Assembly: GCA_034423015.1 (NCBI GenBank)
Contig: DAOUJG010000053.1
Coordinates: 68,565-132,564 of the forward strand
From: Dehalococcoidia bacterium
Lineage (GTDB): Bacteria; Chloroflexota; Dehalococcoidia; Lucifugimonadales; JAGWBF01
Direction of reading: 5' to 3'
DNA length: 64,000 nucleotides
Shown here: positions 56,651 to 64,000 of the stretch, one piece after another
Layout of the letters: every line of letters starts with the position of its first letter
Position numbering within the stretch: the stretch's first letter is position 1
Translations under genes and position numbers: made by a program
The notes under the pieces: model-generated
The model's input: the letters and a program-made list of their open reading frames with translations, nothing else
What the model was told of the DNA's origin: nothing
Database searches by the model: none

Positions 56651-57364
56651 GTGAGACGGGACGTGGGACTGGGCCTGAAACGCTTGGCCTCGGCGGGCCT
56701 CGACCTGCTGTTTCCGCCCCGGTGCTGCGGATGCGGGCAGCCCGGCGGCTTCCTGTGCCAGGGTTGTGAGGCCCTCGCCCCCACCCTGGAGCCGCCCTAC
56801 TGCGGCAGGTGCGCCCACCCCGGCGCCCACCGGGCTACCTGCGGCTGCGGGCCGTTGGCGGTGGACGGAATCAGGGCCCCATACCTGCTGGAAGGTCCGG
56901 TCCGCAAGGCGGTCCACGAGCTCAAGTACAGGAACCTGAGGGCGGCGGCTCCCCGCCTGGGCGGCCTGTTGGCCGCGTGGATGGAGAAGAGCCCCGTCCC
57001 TGGGGACCTCCTCGTTCCCATCCCCCTGCACCGGCGGCAGCTCCGCAGCAGGGGCTACAACCAGTCGGCCATGCTGGCCCGGGAGGTGTCCAGGGGCGCC
57101 GGCCTGGCCCTGGCGGGGAACGCACTGGCCCGCGTCCGGGACTCGGCGCCCCAGGTGTCCCTGTCGTCGCGCCTGGACCGGGCCCGTAACGTGGAGGGCA
57201 GCTTTCGTTGCGTGGGAGACGTGAGGGGCGCCAGGGTGGTGCTGGTGGACGACGTGGTGACCACCGGCAGCACGATGTCCGCGTGCGCCGAGGCCCTCAA
57301 GTCGGCGGGCGCCCGCTCGGTTTGGGGCATCGCCCTGGCCCGGCAGCCCTACCGGGCGGCGTAG
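56651..57364 (+). CDS. comF: ComF-family phosphoribosyltransferase-like protein
   Basis: An N-terminal Cys cluster (LFPPRCCGCG...LCQGCE...) and a C-terminal PRTase motif (VVLVDDVVTTGST). TTCGAC, 18 nt, then TAGAAT (56614-56643) ends only 7 nt before GTG 56651. Confidence 0.85.
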   Translation: MRRDVGLGLKRLASAGLDLLFPPRCCGCGQPGGFLCQGCEALAPTLEPPYCGRCAHPGAHRATCGCGPLAVDGIRAPYLLEGPVRKAVHELKYRNLRAAAPRLGGLLAAWMEKSPVPGDLLVPIPLHRRQLRSRGYNQSAMLAREVSRGAGLALAGNALARVRDSAPQVSLSSRLDRARNVEGSFRCVGDVRGARVVLVDDVVTTGSTMSACAEALKSAGARSVWGIALARQPYRAA

Positions 57365-57372
57365 GGGCCTCG

Positions 57373-57431
57373 CCGCTACCGGAGCTCGACGGCCCGGTCG
57401 CCCCCGCTACCGGAGCTCGACGGCCCGGTCG
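57373..57431. repeat. tandem duplication (28/28 nt identical, period 31) spanning the 3' end and stop codon of the CMD-family gene
   Basis: CCGCTACCGGAGCTCGACGGCCCGGTCG occurs at 57373-57400 and again at 57404-57431. Confidence 0.9.
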
Positions 57432-57805
57432 ATGGAAGGCAGGTCGGGGCGGAAGGTGGCCCTCCACGCCTCCAGGCCGTTGGCCCTGGACACGTTGCCC
57501 ACCCAGCCGCCCACCAGCATGATGGCTTCCAACAGCTCCTCCGGGGAGGCGCCGGCCCTGTTGGCCGCGTGCATGTGGACCTTCAGGTGCTCCACCGTAT
57601 CCTTCTCGGCTATGCAGGCCACCACCAGCAGCAGCTCCTTGGTCTTCCGGTCCAGCAGGGACTCGCCCAGGTACTCGGCGTACACCCTCTTGTTAAGCTC
57701 CTTGAGCCCTTCCAGGTCTATCTCGGCCAGGAAGTCGTGAAGGCCGTAGCGGAACCCCCGGAGCCTGGTGGTCTCCTCCAGTACTCGCTCTTTCTCGGTG
57801 GACAT
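57407..57805 (-). CDS. carboxymuconolactone decarboxylase (AhpD-like) family protein
   Basis: 132 aa. LDRKTKELLLVVACIAEKDTVEHLKVHMHAA is typical of the CMD domain. Confidence 0.8.
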   Translation of the reverse strand: MSTEKERVLEETTRLRGFRYGLHDFLAEIDLEGLKELNKRVYAEYLGESLLDRKTKELLLVVACIAEKDTVEHLKVHMHAANRAGASPEELLEAIMLVGGWVGNVSRANGLEAWRATFRPDLPSIDRAVELR

Positions 57806-57827
57806 GCGCCGCCCCCTTTCAGGCCGT

Positions 57828-59045
57828 CTAGGTCTCGAGGTCGAAGGACTCGGCCGCCAGCCCCACGATGTGCTCGCCTATCGCCAGGGAGGAGGTGGCG
57901 CCGGGAGAGGGGGCGTTGAGCACGTGGATGGCACCCTGGCTGCGGTGGATGCTGAAGTCGTCCAGCAGCCTGCCGTCGCGGTCCACCGCCTGGGCCCGGA
58001 CTCCCGCGCCTCCCGGGGCCAGGTCCTCCGCCCGGACCCCCGGCAGCAGCCGCTGGAGGTCCCGGAGGAAGACCCGCTTGCTGAAGGAGCGGTGCATCTC
58101 TCCCAGGCCGGTCTTCCACGTCTTCCGGGTCATGGCCCAGAACCCCCGGAAAGCCAGCGTGCCCATGGTGTCTCCCAGGCTGACGGCCGTCTTGGTGTAC
58201 CCCTCCCGCGCCAGGGCCAGCACGGCGTTGGGGCCCGCCTCCACGTCCCCGTGGATGCTGCGGGTGAAGTGGACTCCCAGGAAGGGAAACCTGGGGTTGG
58301 GGACGGGGTATATGAGGGCCTTCACCAGGTCCCGGCGGTCCTCGCGTATGGTGTAGTACTCGCCCCGGAAGGGGATGATGCGGACTCCCGGGTCCACGCC
58401 CATCATCCGCGCCACCCGGTCCGCGTGGAGGCCCGCGCAGTTGATGAGGTACCGGGACTCCAGGCCGCCCCCGGTGGTCTCCAGCCTGATGGCCCCCTGC
58501 CGCGCCGATATGCCGACCACCCGGCGCCCCGTCATGATCTCCGCCCCCGCCGAGCGCGCCTGCTCCGCGTAGATGCCGGCCACCTGCGTGAAGTCGACGA
58601 TCCCCGTGCCCGGCGCGTGGAGGGCGGCCACGCCATGGGCGTTGGGCTCGAGCTCCCGCAGGCGCTCGGGGCCTATCTTCTGCAGGCCGGGGACGCCGTT
58701 GGCCACCCCCCGCTGGTACAGCTCTTCCATCCGGCCCAGCTCCGACTCGTCGGTGGCCACGATGACCTTGCCGCACCGCTGGTAGTCGACCCCGTTCTCG
58801 TCGCAGAACCGGACCATGGACTCCACGCCCTGGACGCAGAACTGGGCCTTGCGGGAGCCGGGGCGGTAGTAGATGCCCGAGTGGATGACGCCGCTGTTGT
58901 GGCCGGTCTGGTGGGTGGCCAGCTCCCGCTCCTTCTCCACCACCGCCACCCTGCGCCTGGGGTACCGGCGGGTCAGGTGGAGGGCCGTCGCCAGGCCGAT
59001 GATCCCGCCGCCCACGATGGCGACGTCGTAGCCGCCGGGGTTCAC
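57828..59045 (-). CDS. lhgO: L-2-hydroxyglutarate oxidase (FAD-dependent)
   Basis: YDVAIVGGGIIGLATA...THQTGHNSGVIHSGIYYRPGSRKA is typical of LhgO. GTG start. Confidence 0.85.
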   Translation of the reverse strand: MNPGGYDVAIVGGGIIGLATALHLTRRYPRRRVAVVEKERELATHQTGHNSGVIHSGIYYRPGSRKAQFCVQGVESMVRFCDENGVDYQRCGKVIVATDESELGRMEELYQRGVANGVPGLQKIGPERLRELEPNAHGVAALHAPGTGIVDFTQVAGIYAEQARSAGAEIMTGRRVVGISARQGAIRLETTGGGLESRYLINCAGLHADRVARMMGVDPGVRIIPFRGEYYTIREDRRDLVKALIYPVPNPRFPFLGVHFTRSIHGDVEAGPNAVLALAREGYTKTAVSLGDTMGTLAFRGFWAMTRKTWKTGLGEMHRSFSKRVFLRDLQRLLPGVRAEDLAPGGAGVRAQAVDRDGRLLDDFSIHRSQGAIHVLNAPSPGATSSLAIGEHIVGLAAESFDLET

Positions 59046-59091
59046 GGCGTCTCCCGGGGGCAGCCGGCCGGCCCTGCCGGCACAGCCCCGG

Positions 59092-59130
59092 TCAGCTCAG
59101 GCCCGGCTAGCTCAGCCCCGGCTAGCTGAG
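59092..59130 (-). repeat. 15-nt tandem triplication at the Ldh_2 gene stop, giving three in-frame stops
   Basis: The mRNA reads ...CUC AGC UAG | CCG GGG CUG AGC UAG | CCG GGC CUG AGC UGA. Confidence 0.8.
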
Positions 59131-60225
59131 AACGTAGGGGATGTCCATCTCGCTGCAGGTGTCCTTGAACCACTCCAGCACCTCCCTGTGCAGGGGAATG
59201 CCATTGGCCCGCCGGTCCACCTCTGCCTCCCGCTCGGCGAGGCCGGGATACAGCACCCGCTCCGCCCCGGGGGCCGGAGGTGTGGTCCGGAGGGCCCGCA
59301 GGAAATCGTCCATCAGGGACTTGAACCGGTCCACGTCGGTGAACGCGTCTATGCGGTAGGCGGCGACCATGTGGCTGAAGTTGGGCCTGCCCGGCACCAT
59401 GCCGAAGGCGGTGCCCGACAGGGGCCCGGTGAGGATGTCCACCACGCAGCCCAGGCCGTAGCCCTTGTGGGAGCCCATCTCCCGGGTGCTGCCCAACGCC
59501 AGCTGGTGGTACTGCTTCTCGGCCCCCGGCGCCCATTCGGAAGACATGGGGACGGGCTCCATGAGGGGTGTGCCGTCCAGGTCGGCGACCCACCCGGGGA
59601 GCAGGTCGACCCCCAGGCGGGAGGCCAGCCCCAGCTTGTTCCCCGCCACCACGCTGGTGGCCGCGTCGAAGACGAAGGGCGGCTCCTCCCCCGCCGGGGC
59701 GGCCAGGGCGATGGGGTTGGTCCCCAGCCTCGGCTCGGCCCCGAAGGTGGGCAGGACGCTGGGAGGGCAGCCGGTCATGCACACCCCGATCATGTCGTGC
59801 TCCAGGGCCATCATCGCGTGGTAGGAGGCCATGCCCAGGTGCCGCCCGTTGGAGACGGTCACCATACCCAGCCCCACGTTGCGCGCCTTCTCGATGGCGA
59901 TCTCCATCGCCCTGGGAGTGACGATGATGCCCAGGCCCGCGTCCGAGTCGACGTTGGCCGTGGCCGGGGTCTGGCGGACGATGCGCCAGTTGGGCCTGGC
60001 GTTTATCTCCCCGCTGTTGTAGCCCGAGACGTAGGCCCGGAGCATGTTGGAGACCCCGTGGCTGTCCACATTCCGCACGTCGGCGGTGACGAGGACGTCG
60101 GTGGCCAGATCAGCGTCCTCCGCGGGCACGTTCACCTTCCGGAAGATCTGGCTGACGGTGCTTCGCAGGGCATCCTCGCGGACGCGTACCGCGTCCTCTT
60201 CCCTGACGTGGAACTGCTCCAGCAT
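59122..60225 (-). CDS. Ldh_2-family (malate/L-lactate/sulfolactate dehydrogenase type 2) oxidoreductase
   Basis: ATG 60223-60225. NVDSHGVSNMLRAYV and the overall Ldh_2 layout. Confidence 0.85.
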   Translation of the reverse strand: MLEQFHVREEDAVRVREDALRSTVSQIFRKVNVPAEDADLATDVLVTADVRNVDSHGVSNMLRAYVSGYNSGEINARPNWRIVRQTPATANVDSDAGLGIIVTPRAMEIAIEKARNVGLGMVTVSNGRHLGMASYHAMMALEHDMIGVCMTGCPPSVLPTFGAEPRLGTNPIALAAPAGEEPPFVFDAATSVVAGNKLGLASRLGVDLLPGWVADLDGTPLMEPVPMSSEWAPGAEKQYHQLALGSTREMGSHKGYGLGCVVDILTGPLSGTAFGMVPGRPNFSHMVAAYRIDAFTDVDRFKSLMDDFLRALRTTPPAPGAERVLYPGLAEREAEVDRRANGIPLHREVLEWFKDTCSEMDIPYVLS

Positions 60226-60490
60226 GGCTCTCCTTCGCACGGCGTCGGGGCCGGAGATGCGCCCATGATACACGCTGGCTTCCCGTTGGGCAACGGAATC
60301 AGGACGGCGTACTCCGGCCAACTTCGACGCCGGTCCAGGAAGCATACATGCACGAATTTGGGAAATGACAGCACGTTATCGTAGCTTTTTCGTCACGCAG
60401 ACCCCGTTGACAAATCAAGCGTCCATCTGCTACCGTTTCGCCGGTTGCCCCCGCGCAACGCGCGTGACAAACAAATAGGGGAGGTCACAC

Positions 60491-62278
60491 ATGTCCCTGT
60501 TCAAGTTACCGTACATGCTCCTCATCCCGTTGGCGCTCCTGCTGGTCGTGGGAATGGCCTGCGGCGGTGACGATCCCACCGAGGCTCCGACGACTGCGCC
60601 GGCGCCCGCCACCACGGCCCCGGAGGCGACTATGGCTCCCGAGGCGACCATGGCCGCCGAGGCGACCATGGCCCCCGAGGCCACGGCCGCTCCCACGGCT
60701 ATGGCCGAGGCCACGGCCACTCCCGAGGCGATGCCGGGAGATGACGGTTTGGCCGACAAGCTGATCATCGCCATCAACAACTTCGACAAGGACGACCTGG
60801 ACCCCTACAGGTCCGGGAAGACCAACCTGGCCAGCCCCGACCCCTTCGCCGACTTCCTCATCGGGGTCACCCGGGACAACCAGCTCACCAATGTCTGGGG
60901 TTGGTCGGATAGCTGGGAGCAGATAGACGGCAAGACCTGGGACCTGACCCTGAGGGAGGACCTCAAGTACCACGACGACTACGGGTTCGCCGACGCCGCC
61001 GACGTGGCGGAGATCATGGATCTGTGGACCACCGACGAAGCCGTCGGGTCCCAGTGCCTGTACTGCGGGAATTGGGTGAACCTGTACGACCGCGCCGAGA
61101 TCCTGGACGACCACAAGATTCGGATACATCTGCAGAGCTCCTACCCCCTGTTCTTCAATATCCTGCCCCCCATCGGCGGCTCCGACCTGTTCATGTTCTC
61201 GGTAGACGCCCTCAACGACGGTGGCGGGACAGCCCTGGGGTACGAGAACCTGAGCGCCCCGGGCACTGGCCCCTGGGACTTCGAAGACCGCGCATTGGGA
61301 CAGTTCTTCCTGTACTCCCGCTGGGACGAGTACTACAGCCACGACTTCCGCTCCAACTACAAGGAGATGGAGCTGGTCCTATCCTCCGAGGACGCGCCCC
61401 GCATTGCCCTGGTGCAGACGGGGGCCGCCCACATGGCCAACAGCTCGGGCCCCTTCGTGGAGGAGATACGGGCCGCGGGCCTGGAGGTCGACGGCGCCAA
61501 GATGGTGGACAATGTCTACGGCAACTTCTACCAGAGCTACGACGAGGGGCACTGCACCAACAAGCTGGGCGTGCGCAAGGCCCTGAACCTCGCCGTGGAC
61601 GCCGAGGCCATTGTCGATGCCCTGTGGGCCCCCGGCACCGCGACCAGGATCTCCCACCCCTACACCAGCCCCTTCGTAGAGAGCTGGGACCCCAGCCTGG
61701 GCCTCTACGGCTACGACCCGGACGAGGCGATGCTCCTGCTGGAGCAGGAGGGCTGCGCGGGATTCGACATAGTCGTCTACGGCTTCGCCTACGCCGCCGG
61801 CCCCGAGATGCTGGACATGCAGGACTCCATATGCACCTACTTCAACGCCGTCGGCGTCAACTGCACCTTCACCCCCATCGACGCCACCGCCGTCCGGCCC
61901 CTGAGGCAGGAGGAGAAACTGGGCTCCGCCGACGGCCCGCCACACTCGGGGGCCCACTGGATCCCCTCGGCCAGGAACTTCGGCGAGATGCTCCGAAGCC
62001 ACGGCCTCTGCCCCTCCCGGGGCGGCTCGGTCTGCGGCATGGCACAGCAGGACAAGTACCTGGCGCTGAAGGACCAGTACGCCACCGAGGCAGACCCCGC
62101 CACGAGACAGGACCTGGCCAAGAGGATTAGCAGGATGGTCTTCGACGAGTACGAGGGTGGCATACCCATCGCCTCCAGGGACTGGATATGGGCTGTCGAC
62201 CCCAACAAGATCTGCGGTTGGGAGCCCATCGACGGCACCGCCGCCCGGCCCATGTGGAACACCGTCGTACCCTGCTAG
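60491..62278 (+). CDS. ABC transporter substrate-binding lipoprotein (family 5)
   Basis: A signal peptide with lipobox GMAC, an Ala/Pro/Glu/Thr repeat linker, then an SBP_bac_5-like body. Confidence 0.85.
   Translation: MSLFKLPYMLLIPLALLLVVGMACGGDDPTEAPTTAPAPATTAPEATMAPEATMAAEATMAPEATAAPTAMAEATATPEAMPGDDGLADKLIIAINNFDKDDLDPYRSGKTNLASPDPFADFLIGVTRDNQLTNVWGWSDSWEQIDGKTWDLTLREDLKYHDDYGFADAADVAEIMDLWTTDEAVGSQCLYCGNWVNLYDRAEILDDHKIRIHLQSSYPLFFNILPPIGGSDLFMFSVDALNDGGGTALGYENLSAPGTGPWDFEDRALGQFFLYSRWDEYYSHDFRSNYKEMELVLSSEDAPRIALVQTGAAHMANSSGPFVEEIRAAGLEVDGAKMVDNVYGNFYQSYDEGHCTNKLGVRKALNLAVDAEAIVDALWAPGTATRISHPYTSPFVESWDPSLGLYGYDPDEAMLLLEQEGCAGFDIVVYGFAYAAGPEMLDMQDSICTYFNAVGVNCTFTPIDATAVRPLRQEEKLGSADGPPHSGAHWIPSARNFGEMLRSHGLCPSRGGSVCGMAQQDKYLALKDQYATEADPATRQDLAKRISRMVFDEYEGGIPIASRDWIWAVDPNKICGWEPIDGTAARPMWNTVVPC
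60617..60688 (+). repeat. in-frame 18-bp tandem repeat (about 4 copies) in the lipoprotein linker
   Basis: Units GCCCCGGAGGCGACTATG / GCTCCCGAGGCGACCATG / GCCGCCGAGGCGACCATG / GCCCCCGAGGCCACGGCC encode APEATM-APEATM-AAEATM-APEATA. Confidence 0.8.
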
Positions 62279-62320
62279 ACCCGGGGTACGGCGGGTTGGC
62301 CGCCCGTTATATAAGGAGAG

Positions 62321-62344
62321 GGGACCCCAAGAGATTGGGGTCCC
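62321..62344 (+). terminator. hairpin downstream of the SBP gene
   Basis: GGGACCCCAA-GAGA-TTGGGGTCCC is a perfect 10-bp stem 43 nt after the stop. The T tract is weak (TTCGCTTG). Confidence 0.55.
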
Positions 62345-62467
62345 TTCGCTTGTCCCGTCCCCCGGCGTCCGCACGGCTCCGGGGGGGAGCGGCCCCGGGT
62401 CCCTTGAGGTCGGGGGCGTTTCGGGAATAGACTGTAACCATACCGCGAGGGGACCGGAGAGGACGTC

Positions 62468-63004
62468 ATGGCCAACGTGGTGCTGGTAGTGGACATGCTG
62501 AAGGGCTTCCTGGAGCCGGGGCACAACCTGTACTGTGGCGACGCATCCAGGGACATCGTGCCCAACGTCCGGGGCCTGCTCCAGCGGGAGCAAGAGGCGG
62601 GCTCCGCCATTCTCTTCATATGCGACAACCACGAGCCCGACGACCTGGAGTTCAGGATGTTCCCCGTGCACTGCGTGAAGGGCACGGCCGAGACCCACGT
62701 GATACCCGAGCTTCAGGAGTTCGTGGCGGGGGACAACCTGGTGCCCAAGAACCGGTACAGCGGGTTCTTCGACACGGACCTGGAGGAGCGGCTGCGGGAG
62801 CTCTCGCCCGAGGCGGTCATAGTGTGCGGTGTGTGTACCGACATCTGCGTGCTCCACACCGCCGCGGACGCGCGAAACCGCGACTACACGGTGGAGGTGC
62901 CCACGGACTGCGTGGCCAGCTTCGACCCCGACGCCCACCGGTGGGCCCTGGGACACCTGGAGAAGATCCTGGGAGCCCGGCTGGTCACCGCCGCCCGGGC
63001 CTAG
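62468..63004 (+). CDS. isochorismatase-family cysteine hydrolase (nicotinamidase-like)
   Basis: VVLVVDMLKGF...K.RYSGFF.T.L...L and the catalytic Cys in IVCGVCTDICV. Confidence 0.85.
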   Translation: MANVVLVVDMLKGFLEPGHNLYCGDASRDIVPNVRGLLQREQEAGSAILFICDNHEPDDLEFRMFPVHCVKGTAETHVIPELQEFVAGDNLVPKNRYSGFFDTDLEERLRELSPEAVIVCGVCTDICVLHTAADARNRDYTVEVPTDCVASFDPDAHRWALGHLEKILGARLVTAARA

Positions 63005-63041
63005 CTGTTTCTCGCCGCCGGGCTCGGCACGCCCTGGGGAG

Positions 63042-63245
63042 TTACCCGCCGCCCACGGGCCTGACGATCTCCAGCACGTCGCCCTCCTTCAAGAGGACCT
63101 CCGGGTACCTGTCCTTCTCCAGGACGATGCCGTTGTACCCCACGGCCACGTGCTGCAGGTTCACGTCGTAGCTCTCGAGGAAGCTCACCAGGTCCACGGA
63201 GCCGTCCACGTATCGGGGCTTGCCGTTGACCGTCAGCGTTATCAT
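63042..63245 (-). CDS. thiS: sulfur carrier protein ThiS
   Basis: 67 aa with a ubiquitin-like size and a C-terminal ...VRPVGGG. Confidence 0.9.
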   Translation of the reverse strand: MITLTVNGKPRYVDGSVDLVSFLESYDVNLQHVAVGYNGIVLEKDRYPEVLLKEGDVLEIVRPVGGG

Positions 63246-63916
63246 CGCGACCCTCTCCCCGCGCCCGAGACCTGGCGCGCCCCGGCCGCCTCGTCCATGG
63301 CGTTACGCAGCTCCCGGGCCGCCCGGCGGGGGTCCTCGGCTCCCAGAATGGCCCTGATCACCGCGGCCCCGGCTGCGCCGGCCTTCAGCACCTCGCCCAC
63401 GTTGGCCGCCGTTATGCCTCCGATGCCGGCCAGGGGGACCATCACCCGACCCGCCGCCGCGGCCAGCAAGCCCGGGCCTGCCGGCCGCCCTCCGGCGTGG
63501 GACTGGGTGGGGAAGACCGCGCCCACCAGCAGGAGGTCGGCCCCCTCCCCCTCGGCGGTCACGGCCCCTTCCACCGTGTGGACGGACCGCCCCACCAGCA
63601 TCTCCGGCCCGGCAACCTGGCGGGCCGCCTGGACGGAGAGACCCTCCTCGCCGAGCTGCACTCCATCGGCGCCGCAGGCCGCGGCCACGTCCACACGTTC
63701 GTTGACGAAAAGCAAGGCCCGCCCCTCGGTGACCCGTCGCAGGCCGCGGGCCACCTCCAGCAGGGGCCCTCCGGCCAGTCCCTTCTCCCTTAGCTGCACC
63801 AGGTCGACACCGCCCTGGAGGGCCAGGTCCACCTTGCGCTCCAGCTCCCGGGGGTCAGGCCGCCAGAAGCGTGCGTCGGTTACCAGGCACAGGCACGGCG
63901 CGGGTATGGCGCTCAT
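63242..63916 (-). CDS. thiE: thiamine-phosphate synthase
   Basis: LVQLREK, FVNERVDVA and GGI...N motifs. There is a 4-nt overlap with thiS. Confidence 0.9.
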   Translation of the reverse strand: MSAIPAPCLCLVTDARFWRPDPRELERKVDLALQGGVDLVQLREKGLAGGPLLEVARGLRRVTEGRALLFVNERVDVAAACGADGVQLGEEGLSVQAARQVAGPEMLVGRSVHTVEGAVTAEGEGADLLLVGAVFPTQSHAGGRPAGPGLLAAAAGRVMVPLAGIGGITAANVGEVLKAGAAGAAVIRAILGAEDPRRAARELRNAMDEAAGARQVSGAGRGSR

Positions 63917-63920
63917 GGCG

Positions 63921-64000
63921 CTACGTGGCCGCCGGAGTCGGTTGGGCCACGTCCTCCGTGGGGCTGCTGGCGTCGGCGTAGGCCTGCGTGGGCATCCTGC
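63921..64000 (-). CDS. C-terminal end of an unidentified gene (runs off the window)
   Basis: The frame ending ...MPTQAYADASSPTEDVAQPTPAAT-TAG (stop 63921-63923) has about 22 of 24 G/C at third positions. The alternative frame does not. Confidence 0.35.
   Translation of the reverse strand, partial: RMPTQAYADASSPTEDVAQPTPAAT

Noticed and set aside
63913-64000. Alternative frame ending with TGA overlapping the thiE ATG (ATGA coupling) as the upstream gene's C-terminus.
   Set aside because: Its third-position GC is much weaker (about 17 of 28) than that of the frame ending at TAG 63921-63923 (about 22 of 24). The latter was kept, at low confidence.

Overview
This is a high-GC bacterial chromosomal segment, roughly two-thirds GC by eye, and it is densely coding on both strands. 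I saw no rRNA, tRNA or CRISPR array. Most of the window is housekeeping: metH, ppdK, a sufBCDSU operon, a TPP-riboswitch-controlled thiamine-salvage operon (ABC transporter, tenA, thiD), pyrF, the catalytic domain of an acyl-CoA mutase, rdgB, moaA/moaC, rnhA, a T-box-controlled ilvBNC-leuACD operon, and thiS/thiE. The T-box, the TPP riboswitch with an intrinsic terminator, the Pro/Thr-rich lipoprotein linkers and the Uma2 genes suggest a Chloroflexota-like lineage. That placement is inference only.

The strongest finding is that two genes are split in the ORF track by a single in-frame TGA at a catalytic Cys position. One is a peroxiredoxin (3951-4415), which sits next to a Cys paralog. The other is a geranylgeranyl-reductase-family flavoprotein (16557-17708). 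Each has a hairpin downstream of the TGA, so both are selenocysteine candidates.

Other candidates:
- a compact three-gene module of a PaREP1/HEPN-like protein, a small ORF and a minimal caspase/CHAT-like protein (418-1590)
- a low-GC two-gene island encoding a P-loop kinase-like protein and a Nudix hydrolase (5109-6475)
- an operon of an MFS transporter, a thiol-dioxygenase-like cupin, a four-domain rhodanese and an acyl-CoA-dehydrogenase-fold protein (50340-55474)
- hicAB inserted between two sufU paralogs
- decayed toxin-antitoxin and IS630 remnants
- several in-frame or stop-codon-proximal tandem duplications

All functional calls come from reading the translations and recalling family motifs. 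No database search was run.
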